This document shows, in pieces, positions 51,580-64,000 of a stretch of DNA of 64,000 nt. The DNA is from Desulfatiglandales bacterium (GTDB lineage: Bacteria; Desulfobacterota; DSM-4660; Desulfatiglandales; Desulfatiglandaceae): the NCBI GenBank assembly GCA_963666345.1, contig OY762721.1:2080001-2144000 (forward strand), written 5' to 3'. A program made the translations under genes and the position numbers. The notes below the pieces were generated by a model. The model saw only the letters and a list, made by a program, of their open reading frames with translations, did no database searches and was not told the DNA's origin. Position 1 is the stretch's first letter. Each line of letters opens with the position of its first letter.

Positions 51580-52200
51580 TTGAACGTTAATCTAAGAGGG
51601 AAAAAACAAAAGAAAAAAAGTGTGTTTCGGGAATATGCCGAAGCCGCCGTAATTGCCATCATACTGGCCCTTTTCATAAGGACTTTTGTTGTTCAGGCAT
51701 TCAAGATACCTTCCGGATCAATGGAGCCGACGCTTCTGATCGGAGACCATATACTTGTCAACAAATTCATTTACGGCATTAAGATGCCGTTTACGAGAAT
51801 CGGCCTGATACCCATCTCAGAGCCTGACAGGGACGACGTCATCGTATTCATATATCCGGTGGATCCCGGCAAGGACTTTATAAAAAGGGTTATAGGACTG
51901 CCCGGTGACCGCATAGAGATAATAGAAAAAAGGATATTCATAAACGGCAAACCTTATGACGACAGGTATGGGTCATACACGGAGATATCAGGCAAGGAAG
52001 GAGGCATATCACTTGAAAAGGCCCATTTCGGGCCTGTCATCGTCCCTGAAAAACACCTCTTTGTAATGGGTGACAACCGCAACCATAGCTACGACAGCAG
52101 ATTCTGGGGGTTTGTACCCCAAAAATCGGTAAAGGGAAAGGCGTTCATAATCTACTGGTCATGGCCTCACTGGAAACGCTTTTTACACCTAATCCATTGA
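51580..52200 (+). CDS. lepB: Signal peptidase I
   Basis: IPSGSMEPTL, DFIKRVIG, GDNR..S.DSR.WG. Confidence 0.96.
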   Translation: MNVNLRGKKQKKKSVFREYAEAAVIAIILALFIRTFVVQAFKIPSGSMEPTLLIGDHILVNKFIYGIKMPFTRIGLIPISEPDRDDVIVFIYPVDPGKDFIKRVIGLPGDRIEIIEKRIFINGKPYDDRYGSYTEISGKEGGISLEKAHFGPVIVPEKHLFVMGDNRNHSYDSRFWGFVPQKSVKGKAFIIYWSWPHWKRFLHLIH

Positions 52201-52635
52201 CAGTGAACTCTTCTGCATTTCAAGGCCCCTCATAATAGTGCACTTCACTTGTCTGCTTATCTCAAGTTTTCCGATATCCTTTACCGGGACAAGCATTACT
52301 TCGCTTGCATCTGAGCCGGCCGAAGGACTTCCGGACAAAAGCCTTCCCCAGTAGTCGACAATCACGTAATGGTATAGTATTCGGTCCTCACTGGAACGCA
52401 CGATTCGATCAAATGCATCTATAATACCACCTACTTCAACCTCAACCGACGCCTCTTCCAACAGTTCCCTTCTTATGGCGTCCAAAAGGGTCTCACCAAG
52501 CTCCACAACCCCCCCGGGAAGGCTCCACTGCCCCTTTGAAGGCTCATTTAGCCTCCTTGCCAATAAAACGGCATCACCGGCAAATATAACACCCCCCACA
52601 CCTACAAAGGGGCGATCAGGATATTCTCTGTTCAT
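52189..52635 (-). CDS. NUDIX hydrolase
   Basis: Nudix box PGGVVELGETL..AIRRELLEE. Confidence 0.93.
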   Translation of the reverse strand: MNREYPDRPFVGVGGVIFAGDAVLLARRLNEPSKGQWSLPGGVVELGETLLDAIRRELLEEASVEVEVGGIIDAFDRIVRSSEDRILYHYVIVDYWGRLLSGSPSAGSDASEVMLVPVKDIGKLEISRQVKCTIMRGLEMQKSSLSMD

Positions 52636-53103
52636 TTATCAATCTTTCTGGAAACAATCCTTACACCTTGTAAAACATGCTGACAGCAGCATCTTCATCA
52701 TCAACCTGCACAGATATTCCCCCATATCGAGATTAAATCGGCTTATCAGCATGTTAATAAGACTTTTGAGAGATGCAACCTGTTGGTACACTAATTGCTA
52801 TGTTAAGTAAAGTATCAGGATACGGTACCGCTCTTTGAAAACAGGTGGCCCTGTCTATATGCCCCGTAAATTGGAAACCTACTTAAACGACAGAAAGATC
52901 ACTCGCCCTCCAAGCTCTCTTTTCTGGAGCAGATCAAAAGGATCATTTGCAGCAACCTTTCTGCCGTGCTCAGTCACAAGCCGGACAGAAAGGCTTTTCA
53001 ACATACCCCGCTCGAAGATGATCTCTCTTCACAATCCATTTGCAAGCCGCTGATAATGCCTGCTTTTACAGCTATTAATTATAGTTATCAAACGATACAA
53101 AAC

Positions 53104-53238
53104 GGGTATTCCGATTGGATAAAGATGCCAGGTGCTCACTCGAAAATCACGCTGTTTTGGCTCAATCTTGAGTCACCTGCTCCACACCCATGTTGACACC
53201 TCTTATGAACCTGGCATCTTTATCCAATCGGAATACCC
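53104..53238. mobile_element. 135-bp MITE-like element with perfect 30-bp terminal inverted repeats
   Basis: GGGTATTCCGATTGGATAAAGATGCCAGGT (53104-53133) is the exact reverse complement of 53209-53238. Confidence 0.8.
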
Positions 53239-53354
53239 TAAGACCACCTCTTTTTAACCTGCCCCAGTACTAGGCCGAAAGAGGATCATATAAAAAAACA
53301 TAATTCATGCTTAAAAGTCTATACAAAAACAGGATAATACCCTTCTATAAGGAC

Positions 53355-53384
53355 TTGACAAACTTCAGATTAATCGACTAAACT
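53355..53384 (+). promoter_or_regulatory. Putative sigma-70 promoter of por
   Basis: TTGACA-18 nt-TAAACT. Confidence 0.5.
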
Positions 53385-53451
53385 TACGATTTTTTACAAA
53401 ATGTGGAACAGGTTTTGTAAGTCAAAATCCGAAATCGGGCAAAACAGGTGA

Positions 53452-57138
<3,687 letters not shown>

Positions 57139-57152
57139 CCTGTTTTAAGTAT

Positions 57153-57193
57153 AAAAAAACCCATGGCCGGTCTTTGGCCGGCCATGGGTTTTT
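57153..57193. terminator. Bidirectional terminator between por and surE
   Basis: AAAAACCCATGGCCGG-loop-CCGGCCATGGGTTTTT. Confidence 0.88.
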
Positions 57194-57243
57194 CATTATG
57201 TACACACCGGTTCTCACCTGATCCTACTTCCAAGTTTCTTTAC

Positions 57244-58020
57244 TCATATCCCCCAGTCAAACCCCCCCGACACCGATATGTCCTTCATTTTCTCAAGTTC
57301 TTTGTAACAGGTAAGATCATAGTGTACAGGGGTAATAGTAATCCATTTTTCTCGGAGATCTGCAAAATCGGTCCCGGATGATTCTTCCGGCGTAAATCCC
57401 TCCCCTGCAAGCCAGTAATAGATATTTCCCCTGGGATCCATTCTGCGCTCGAAACGTTCTTCAAATCTTACAGTACCCTGCCTTACAATACTGACTCCTC
57501 TTATTTTTTCAGGTGGCAAGGCCGGGATATTGACATTGAGCGCCGTACCGCCGCTCAATCCAACTTCGAGAACAAATCGAACAATCTGTCTGCTGAAAAA
57601 GGAGGCGAAAGTGAAATCAGGCTTTATCCTGCTGTTTAGCGATATTGCCGCAGACGGGACTCCCAGAAAAGCCCCTTCGGTTGCCGCGGATACCGTACCG
57701 GAGTATAGCACATTAACGCCCACGTTTGCCCCCGGATTTATTCCGGAAAGTATTATATCGGGGGGTTGCTCCATTAGTTCCTGCACCGCTATCTTCACAC
57801 AGTCGGCAGGTGTGCCTTTAACGGCGTATCCGAAAAAGGTTCCATTCTTGTAGATTTCCCGAACGCGTAAGGGAGATGAAAGCGTTATTGCGTGACCTAC
57901 GGCACTCATTTCAGAATCCGGAGCAACCACGTATATTTCATGATCCTGTATCAGAGCCCTGTGAAGTGCCAAGAGTCCCTGAGCATAAATCCCGTCATCA
58001 TTGGTAATCAGTATTCTCAT
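57244..58020 (-). CDS. surE: 5'/3'-nucleotidase SurE
   Basis: MRILITNDDG, GTPADCV, SGIN.G.N, YSGTV.AA.E. Confidence 0.96.
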   Translation of the reverse strand: MRILITNDDGIYAQGLLALHRALIQDHEIYVVAPDSEMSAVGHAITLSSPLRVREIYKNGTFFGYAVKGTPADCVKIAVQELMEQPPDIILSGINPGANVGVNVLYSGTVSAATEGAFLGVPSAAISLNSRIKPDFTFASFFSRQIVRFVLEVGLSGGTALNVNIPALPPEKIRGVSIVRQGTVRFEERFERRMDPRGNIYYWLAGEGFTPEESSGTDFADLREKWITITPVHYDLTCYKELEKMKDISVSGGFDWGI

Positions 58021-58473
58021 CTTTTCTCTCGATTGGACCGCCTTTAACCAGTATCGCGGCCGCCGAAAAAGATTTAACCGGCGCTTCGCTTGTCTCCCTG
58101 CGAAATCCCGGATAACAAAACCCCGATGACCTAAAAACATAAAGCGCAAGGGCCTATATCAGTTCTTGAAGGCGGATAAGGTAAAGCCCATTTTGTTTGC
58201 CTCCGGTCTTGATCTGCTGTATATTAGATATTTTATTAAAAGGTAATATCCAGCCAGCTTTTTACTGTTATTCTACTAATTGCTGGCCGAACAAAAGTCA
58301 AATCTTATTGAATAGGGCATGCTCGGTCGGCTTGTTTGCGGTTTGAGGTGGTGTTGCCCGGTTGTCCTGCCGGAAGGTTTTTTAAAGTTTTTTGCTGCAC
58401 AAAATGATTTTGTTCGGCAGGCGCTTTAACGTCACCTTTACGACCATTTTTCCCGAAATCCGAGACTCGGCAT

Positions 58474-59751
58474 ATGGCTGAAAATAACAGCGGAAAAGAT
58501 TCGAAGCACAGGCTTTTGGAACTTATCCTGAGATTCGGTACGATTCTAAACTCCTCTTTGAATATTGAGGACGTTCTGAATTTTGCCATGCAGTGGGCGG
58601 AGGATTTTATTGAAGCGGAGGCGAGCACCGTCTATGAACTCGATGAACAGAAAGACGAACTGTTTATTCGAGTTGCCAGGGGAGAAAAGCAAAAGTCGAT
58701 AAAGAAAATAAAGCTGCACCCCCACCAGGGCATAGCAGGACATGTGGTAAAAACCGGAGAGGCCATGATCGTGCAGGATGTGACCAAGGAAAGGCTGTTT
58801 GATCCAAGATACGATGAAATAACGGGATTCAAGACAAGATGCATGATATGTGTGCCCCTCAAAGTAAGGAGCAGGGTACTCGGGGCGCTCCAGGTTCTCA
58901 ATAAGAAAGGCACAAAAAAATTCACCTATGACGACGTTCGACTTTTGACCAACATGTCACAGCAGATTGCCGTGGCCATGGAAAATGCAAATTTATACAG
59001 GCGGCTTGAAGAGAAGTTTGAATTCACCGCTTTGGAATTAAAGGACACACAGGAAAAACTGATCCGCACTGAGCGTCTTGCCGCCATGGGCAATCTGGTG
59101 CAGGGGGTGGCACACGAAATACGAAACCCTGTGACTACTATCGGAGGATTTGCTCTGAGAATCAAAAAGGACGAAGACAATGATAAAAAGGTAAGGCAGT
59201 ATGCGGATATAATTCTCAAGGCCTCGCAGAGGCTTGAAAACGTGGTTGGACAGATAGGGCAGTTCGTCAATCTATTATCCTCCAACGCATCACAGAAAAC
59301 TGACATAAAAGAACTGGTCACAGACACCTTGAAGGATTTTATATCCAGGGCCGAAAAACTGGGCATATCCGTAAAGACCCGGTTTGATGACGGGTTGCCT
59401 CCCATAGTTATAGACTATCTCCAAATCAAAACCGCTATTTCCAATATTTTAGGAAACGCAGTAGAATCGATGCCCGAAGGAGGATCTCTCATAATCGGCC
59501 TTGAGCAGCAGGCGAATAAATTCCTTGTGACGATAGAAGATACAGGTCATGGAATCCCCAAGGAAGACCTGAACTCGGTTTACGATCCTTTTTTTACTTC
59601 AAAGACAAGGGGAGCCGGACTGGGTCTGACGATGGTGTATCAAGTTGTAATGAATCACAAAGGCGAAATTGATATACAAAGCCGGATCGGAAAAGGGACA
59701 AAGGTAACAATCAGACTGCCACTTAATCCATTAGAAACGCCTAAACATTGA
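58474..59751 (+). CDS. GAF-domain sensor histidine kinase (soluble, no adjacent response regulator)
   Basis: GAF (GIAGHV, GALQVLNK...F), H-box AHEIRNP, DTGHG, FFTSK, GLGL. Confidence 0.93.
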   Translation: MAENNSGKDSKHRLLELILRFGTILNSSLNIEDVLNFAMQWAEDFIEAEASTVYELDEQKDELFIRVARGEKQKSIKKIKLHPHQGIAGHVVKTGEAMIVQDVTKERLFDPRYDEITGFKTRCMICVPLKVRSRVLGALQVLNKKGTKKFTYDDVRLLTNMSQQIAVAMENANLYRRLEEKFEFTALELKDTQEKLIRTERLAAMGNLVQGVAHEIRNPVTTIGGFALRIKKDEDNDKKVRQYADIILKASQRLENVVGQIGQFVNLLSSNASQKTDIKELVTDTLKDFISRAEKLGISVKTRFDDGLPPIVIDYLQIKTAISNILGNAVESMPEGGSLIIGLEQQANKFLVTIEDTGHGIPKEDLNSVYDPFFTSKTRGAGLGLTMVYQVVMNHKGEIDIQSRIGKGTKVTIRLPLNPLETPKH

Positions 59752-59794
59752 TCAGAAACAAACTGAAAAGGAAATAACATATCTGGAGAAACGT

Positions 59795-60676
59795 ATGGAA
59801 AAAGAGAAAACAGGTCGGTCATGGCTGTGGATATTGATAGTATTGATCGCAGCCGGTCTCCTCGGATACTACTTCTTTATGAATAGAGACAGTGACAAGG
59901 AGGAAGTGGGGGCTGAAAAGATCGAGGAAACATCACCTAAAAAGGATGACTCCTTGCCGGAGGAATTGGAACAGGTTCAAAAACCTCCTGAAAAGGAAAT
60001 CACCATGATAGACACACGCCAGGAGGAAGATGCATGCGTCCGGATCGGCAGGGAGATATCTGATTTTTTCCAATACCTCGATAAAACGAGCTATGTCCTG
60101 CGCATGGATCCTGATGCAGACACCCTTTCCAGGTTCACGGATATGATAAAAAGGCTTTCTCTACAACCACCTGTGCCTGCCGGCGAAAGGATAGACCCCA
60201 GGATTCTCATTGAAAACATTTATCACTTTTACCACGCACTGAATCTTGAAGACATCCATTTTATAAAGGAAGTCCTGGGTAATGAATCGGATACCATAGA
60301 ATTGAATCTTCACATGTTTTACGGATGGTTGAAGGCACGTGAAAAATGCCCGGACATGGCGGTCCCGCTACCTTCAAAAAAGACCCTCTATCTATATGCC
60401 GGATTTTTTATCAACACAACCGGTGGAAGGGCCTATCTGTTCAGGAGATCACCGGGAATCAGGCTCCTGACAACCTACTACTGTCTATGCATTGTGCATG
60501 ATGCCGACAAGGCAGGGTTCAACACATACGGGATTGATATGGCACCCTATATATCCTCTTTAAGGGATGAGATCATCAGATATCCGGATCTTCAATTTCA
60601 GAAGGATTATATCTCGAACCTGAATGAAATGGCCCGGTACTACCTCGACAAGAGGCAGGGTTTGCCCGCCAACTAA
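59795..60676 (+). CDS. Membrane-anchored hypothetical protein
   Basis: N-terminal TM helix, acidic linker, GGAG SD; no family recognised. Confidence 0.75.
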   Translation: MEKEKTGRSWLWILIVLIAAGLLGYYFFMNRDSDKEEVGAEKIEETSPKKDDSLPEELEQVQKPPEKEITMIDTRQEEDACVRIGREISDFFQYLDKTSYVLRMDPDADTLSRFTDMIKRLSLQPPVPAGERIDPRILIENIYHFYHALNLEDIHFIKEVLGNESDTIELNLHMFYGWLKAREKCPDMAVPLPSKKTLYLYAGFFINTTGGRAYLFRRSPGIRLLTTYYCLCIVHDADKAGFNTYGIDMAPYISSLRDEIIRYPDLQFQKDYISNLNEMARYYLDKRQGLPAN

Positions 60677-60698
60677 TCGGAAAGACCGGGATTCACTT

Positions 60699-61058
60699 TT
60701 ACCACTGCCCCTCTACATCCGCCGCGGTTGAAAGAGGAAGCGCTCCCTTCAAATAATTTTCCACTGCTTCTCTTATGGTGCCGGAGGCATTATTAGCGAC
60801 TCCTATTTTGGCCGCATTAAGGGCCTTAAATGCATTCGGCCCGCAGTGCCCGGTTAGAAGAACCTGCGCCCCCGCCTCGCTTATGGAGCGTGCGGCCTGG
60901 ATGCCTGCGCCTTTAAGGGCATTGGCGTTTTCCTTGTTGTCCAGCACCTCGTAGCCAAAGTTCTCGGAATCCACTAAAATTATAAAAGAGGCCCTTCCGA
61001 ATTTTGGGTCTACAGACGATTCAAGACCGGTGCCTGAAGCGGTTACGGCTATTTTCAT
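60699..61058 (-). CDS. NifB/NifX-family protein, Orange-protein (ORP)-like
   Basis: KIAVTA.G..L...VDPKFGRA, GAGIQAA, LLTGHCGPNAF. Confidence 0.88.
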   Translation of the reverse strand: MKIAVTASGTGLESSVDPKFGRASFIILVDSENFGYEVLDNKENANALKGAGIQAARSISEAGAQVLLTGHCGPNAFKALNAAKIGVANNASGTIREAVENYLKGALPLSTAADVEGQW

Positions 61059-61513
61059 TTGCTACCTCCTGTCGCTTCATTGACCGAAGACTTGCCCATC
61101 TTCTCCATATATTCTTCGACGGCCTTGTGAAGGGTTTTGAGGGCTAATCTGGCACAATGCACCTTTTGGTCGGGAAGTTTTTCAAGTTCCCTGTATAGAG
61201 AATCCAGATCCAGTTTGCGTGCCTCTTCAAGTTTCATTCCCTTTGCTATTGAGATCAGAGCGGAACCTGAAGCAACGGCACCCGGGCACCCCAGCACCTG
61301 TATCTTTGCGTCCTCTATCTTTTCATCCTTTATACTGAGACTTATCTTCATTGTATCCCCGCAAGGCCCTATAAGATCGGTTATCTGGTCCGCCTGCGCA
61401 AGGACTCCAACACTTTCCTGGTTTTTCAGATACTCTATCGCCTTGTCTGAATAGCCAGACTCTGAAAGCATCCTGCATATATCATCATTGATCTCTTTCG
61501 CATCCATTTTCAT
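61055..61513 (-). CDS. NifU/IscU N-terminal-like Fe-S scaffold protein
   Basis: CGDTM, GCPGAVAS, KVHCARL (three Cys). Confidence 0.85.
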   Translation of the reverse strand: MKMDAKEINDDICRMLSESGYSDKAIEYLKNQESVGVLAQADQITDLIGPCGDTMKISLSIKDEKIEDAKIQVLGCPGAVASGSALISIAKGMKLEEARKLDLDSLYRELEKLPDQKVHCARLALKTLHKAVEEYMEKMGKSSVNEATGGSK

Positions 61514-61589
61514 GCACCTTTCGCCCCATTATTGCGCTTGCCTGAAAACACACTGTTTGATAATGAGATGACAGTTTAGAAATAGAGAG

Positions 61590-61979
61590 TTATTGAGCTC
61601 CTCCGCCTCCGCAGACCTGGTTATCTTCGATAACGGGGAGTTTGCCGGAGATCAAATCTTCTACCACAGGCCGAATTTCAGGCCTTTCAACATCATAATA
61701 TACGTCTATACCCGCCTGTTTGAAACCCATGAGCGGCCTCATACCGATTCCTCCCACGATAAGCGCGTTGACATTGTTTTGGGCCAGAAGATTTACGGGA
61801 ACCATGCAGCCACCCTGCACATGATCCTGATTCATCAATGTTGAAACTGATTTAATCTCGCCTTCCTCCACATCTACAAATGTAAACACGTCACAATGTC
61901 CGAAATGTCCTGCTCGTTGTCCGTCAAGACCGCCCGATCCGATGGACGGGATAGCGATTCTTCCATCTTGCATTTTCAT
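61590..61979 (-). CDS. NifB/NifX-family protein
   Basis: HFGHCD.F, H.QGGC, GGIGMRP, terminal CGGG. Confidence 0.87.
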   Translation of the reverse strand: MKMQDGRIAIPSIGSGGLDGQRAGHFGHCDVFTFVDVEEGEIKSVSTLMNQDHVQGGCMVPVNLLAQNNVNALIVGGIGMRPLMGFKQAGIDVYYDVERPEIRPVVEDLISGKLPVIEDNQVCGGGGAQ

Positions 61980-61998
61980 CCCTCCTATTGATTACTAG

Positions 61999-62829
61999 CT
62001 ATACCTCAATTGCCTTAAGTATCTTGGCATATGCCTTGTTGATTTCGAGATCCTTATCTTCTAAAAGTTCAATAAGCCTGCCCTTGTCACCCATCTCCAC
62101 CATCCTCGGGTCAATGGGTATTTCCCCTAAGAGCTCGACTCCGGTCTTCTCCGATACCCTCTTCCCTCCACCTTTTCCAAAGATGGGCACGCTCTGTCCA
62201 CAATGTGGACATATAAAACCGCTCATGTTTTCTACAAGACCCAGGATTTTCATCTCTACCTGCTTGCAAAAATTTATAGACTTTCGCACATCGGCAAGGC
62301 TTATTTCCTGTGGAGTTGTAACCACAAGCGCCTCTGCATCAGGTATTGTCTGGGCCACGGTAAGCGGTTCGTCCCCCGTACCGGGAGGAGAATCTACCAG
62401 AAGGTAATCAAGCTCTCCCCACTCTATGTCGGAGATAAACTGTCTTATGGCGCTTATCTTTAAAGGCCCCCTCCAGATAACTGCCGAATCTTTGTCTCCC
62501 AGTACCATTTCAATAGACACTATACCAAGATTTTCTGAAAGCATATAAGGCCTTACTGATCCATCTTCAGATGCCTGAAACCCCCCGTCAACACCTAAAA
62601 GCCGCGGGATACTCGGTCCGTGAAGGTCAACATCCAGGAGCCCGACTTTTTTCCCGCTGCTACTCAAAAGAAGGGCAAGATAGGCTGCGACACTGCTTTT
62701 TCCGACCCCTCCCTTTCCGCTCATCACTAATATTTTTCTTCCGATCTTGCACAGCTTGTTTTCTATCATCTTGTCCTGCTGTGCTCTTTCGATATCGCCC
62801 GGTGTATCTGCCATAAAATTATTCCCCAT
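61999..62829 (-). CDS. Mrp/NBP35 Fe-S carrier ATPase
   Basis: SGKGGVGKS, DLHGPS, VIWRGP, DSPPGTGD, ENMS..CPHC. Confidence 0.94.
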   Translation of the reverse strand: MGNNFMADTPGDIERAQQDKMIENKLCKIGRKILVMSGKGGVGKSSVAAYLALLLSSSGKKVGLLDVDLHGPSIPRLLGVDGGFQASEDGSVRPYMLSENLGIVSIEMVLGDKDSAVIWRGPLKISAIRQFISDIEWGELDYLLVDSPPGTGDEPLTVAQTIPDAEALVVTTPQEISLADVRKSINFCKQVEMKILGLVENMSGFICPHCGQSVPIFGKGGGKRVSEKTGVELLGEIPIDPRMVEMGDKGRLIELLEDKDLEINKAYAKILKAIEV

Positions 62830-63360
62830 AGTTATTTTTTGTATTTCATTTATAAAGGCGGCACTCTTAAAAGGAGATCAGTTTTTTGTTTCCTGATGCA
62901 GTTTGTAGCCTGGACCGGCCCTTTAGAAAAACCTCAAGTACAACCGGAAAAATCTAAGCATTATAAGTATATTGTCAAGTTACGGAAAGGTTTTCCGAAG
63001 TAAACGGCATAGGATGTTATCCGGTAACTTTTTACGATAAATAGGCGGACAGGCCTGAGCCGGAATTCGGCCGAATGTTTATCTCCCGTGCGCTGAAAAG
63101 TTTGAAGAATTCCCGATTCATAAATACCGGATCTGATAAAAACGATTAAAGGATCCCGGGCCCACAGCACCGGGTATTGGTTTACCCCTGAAAGCGACCT
63201 GGTCGGTATGCCGGGATTTGAATTCCTATTAATTAAGGCAGCGTCATATTTTCCCGCCCGGATCAGAGAACCGGATTTTCCATAATGTAATAAAGGGGAA
63301 CCCTCCCACACTAATTCAGGAAGATCCCCCTCTGAAGTTCTCAGACATTCTTTATTAAAC

Positions 63361-63554
63361 TTGAAGGTTTCGGAAAAAGTCCAGCTGCCGTTCGAGGGCC
63401 TCATGGGCCTGAGCCAAACCGAAAGGCTGTATTATGCTTCATCTTTCGTCATTGAGGCGTACAGTAAGTACGCCTCATTCCCAAAGACTTGCAAACCTAG
63501 CATTTGAACCTTTTACTTTATCGTCTCAATTCCGGCTTTTTACGAATCCATTAA
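63361..63554. mobile_element. MITE-like element with CGTAAAAAG-type inverted ends and an internal GAGGCGTAC hairpin
   Basis: TTGAAGGTTTCGGAAAAAGTC versus GGCTTTTTACGAATCCATTAA; internal TGAGGCGTAC-AGTAA-GTACGCCTCA (63453-63477). Confidence 0.65.
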
Positions 63555-64000
63555 ATTTCAAGCCATGAATCAGAATAAAGGGACTGTCCCAAAATTACCT
63601 TGGCCGTTTTGACATAATCTGCAAGTTTCCAAGGGCCGTTCGGTTCATCGGATAATGAATTCTCATCCACCGCCTCACCGTCCATTATCTTGTGCACCAG
63701 TTCCACGATATCGGGCCTCTCACCCCTTGCTATCTTGAAAAGTTCCCTGTCATAAGCATCTGCGATGCAGGTAATCATGCCCTTCCTTTCAAGCATAATC
63801 ATATATGTCTGGTTCAGTATCGGCCTTAGATTATCGGGCGGTCCATTAGACACGTTTGAGAGTCCGCATGTTGATTTTGCTCCCGGCGCTATATCCTGGA
63901 GCATCTCCTGGAATGCGAGAAGGCTCATAAGCTGTGGCTGCTGTATATTTACCGGGGTAACAATACCGTCAAAGTAAAGATCCTCGTTGGGTACTCCGGC
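63551..64000 (-). CDS. acsE: Pterin-binding methyltransferase, AcsE-like (methyl-THF:CoFeSP); 5' part lies beyond the window
   Basis: Frame open to the window edge (DLYFDGIVTPV), CGLSNVSNG, C-terminal SLYSDSWLEI. Confidence 0.78.
   Translation of the reverse strand, partial: AGVPNEDLYFDGIVTPVNIQQPQLMSLLAFQEMLQDIAPGAKSTCGLSNVSNGPPDNLRPILNQTYMIMLERKGMITCIADAYDRELFKIARGERPDIVELVHKIMDGEAVDENSLSDEPNGPWKLADYVKTAKVILGQSLYSDSWLEI

Noticed and set aside
52835..53196. Small ORFs upstream of por
   Set aside because: No SD or motif support; one runs into the inverted-repeat element
62890..62915. Sigma-54 promoter for the Mrp/ORP operon
   Set aside because: GG-to-GC spacing is 9 nt rather than 10; a TTGACA-type element at 62951-62978 fits better
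62961..63404. 147-aa ORF between the acsE-like gene and mrp
   Set aside because: No recognisable motifs, starts inside a MITE-like repeat, atypical composition

Overview
Core-genome segment of an anaerobic Desulfobacterota (deltaproteobacterial) organism, probably a sulfate reducer with a Wood-Ljungdahl pathway (QrcABCD, PFOR, an AcsE-like methyltransferase, an Orange-protein-like cluster). In order it holds: leuA-ilvBNC; a small accessory cluster (nitrilase-family enzyme, 10-formyl-THF hydrolase-like formyltransferase, AcuB-like CBS-ACT, DUF2080, GNAT); a GIY-YIG pseudogene; tmRNA-smpB; ptsI-ptsH; the ffh-rpsP-khpA-rimM-trmD-rplS-rnhB-yraN-rsmI operon; ligA-acyP; recN with a GspE/PilB ATPase; a sigma-54-type fimT-pilVWX-pilY1 minor-pilin operon; rlmD; rpsU; qrcABCD plus an uncalled 53-aa membrane ORF; nadB; a pilMNOPQ-tgl operon with two extra genes; lepB; por; surE; an orphan GAF histidine kinase; and an Mrp/NifX/NifU/ORP cluster. 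No integrase, transposase, phage, CRISPR, rRNA or tRNA was seen. The most notable signal is the rpsU (bS21) leader: a promoter, a 12-nt extended Shine-Dalgarno, an uncalled 37-codon uORF folded into a long rod-like RNA, and an intrinsic terminator just before rpsU. This is a candidate bS21-sensing attenuator. Several non-autonomous MITE/REP-like elements lie in intergenic DNA. All family calls come from motif recognition by eye; no database search was run.
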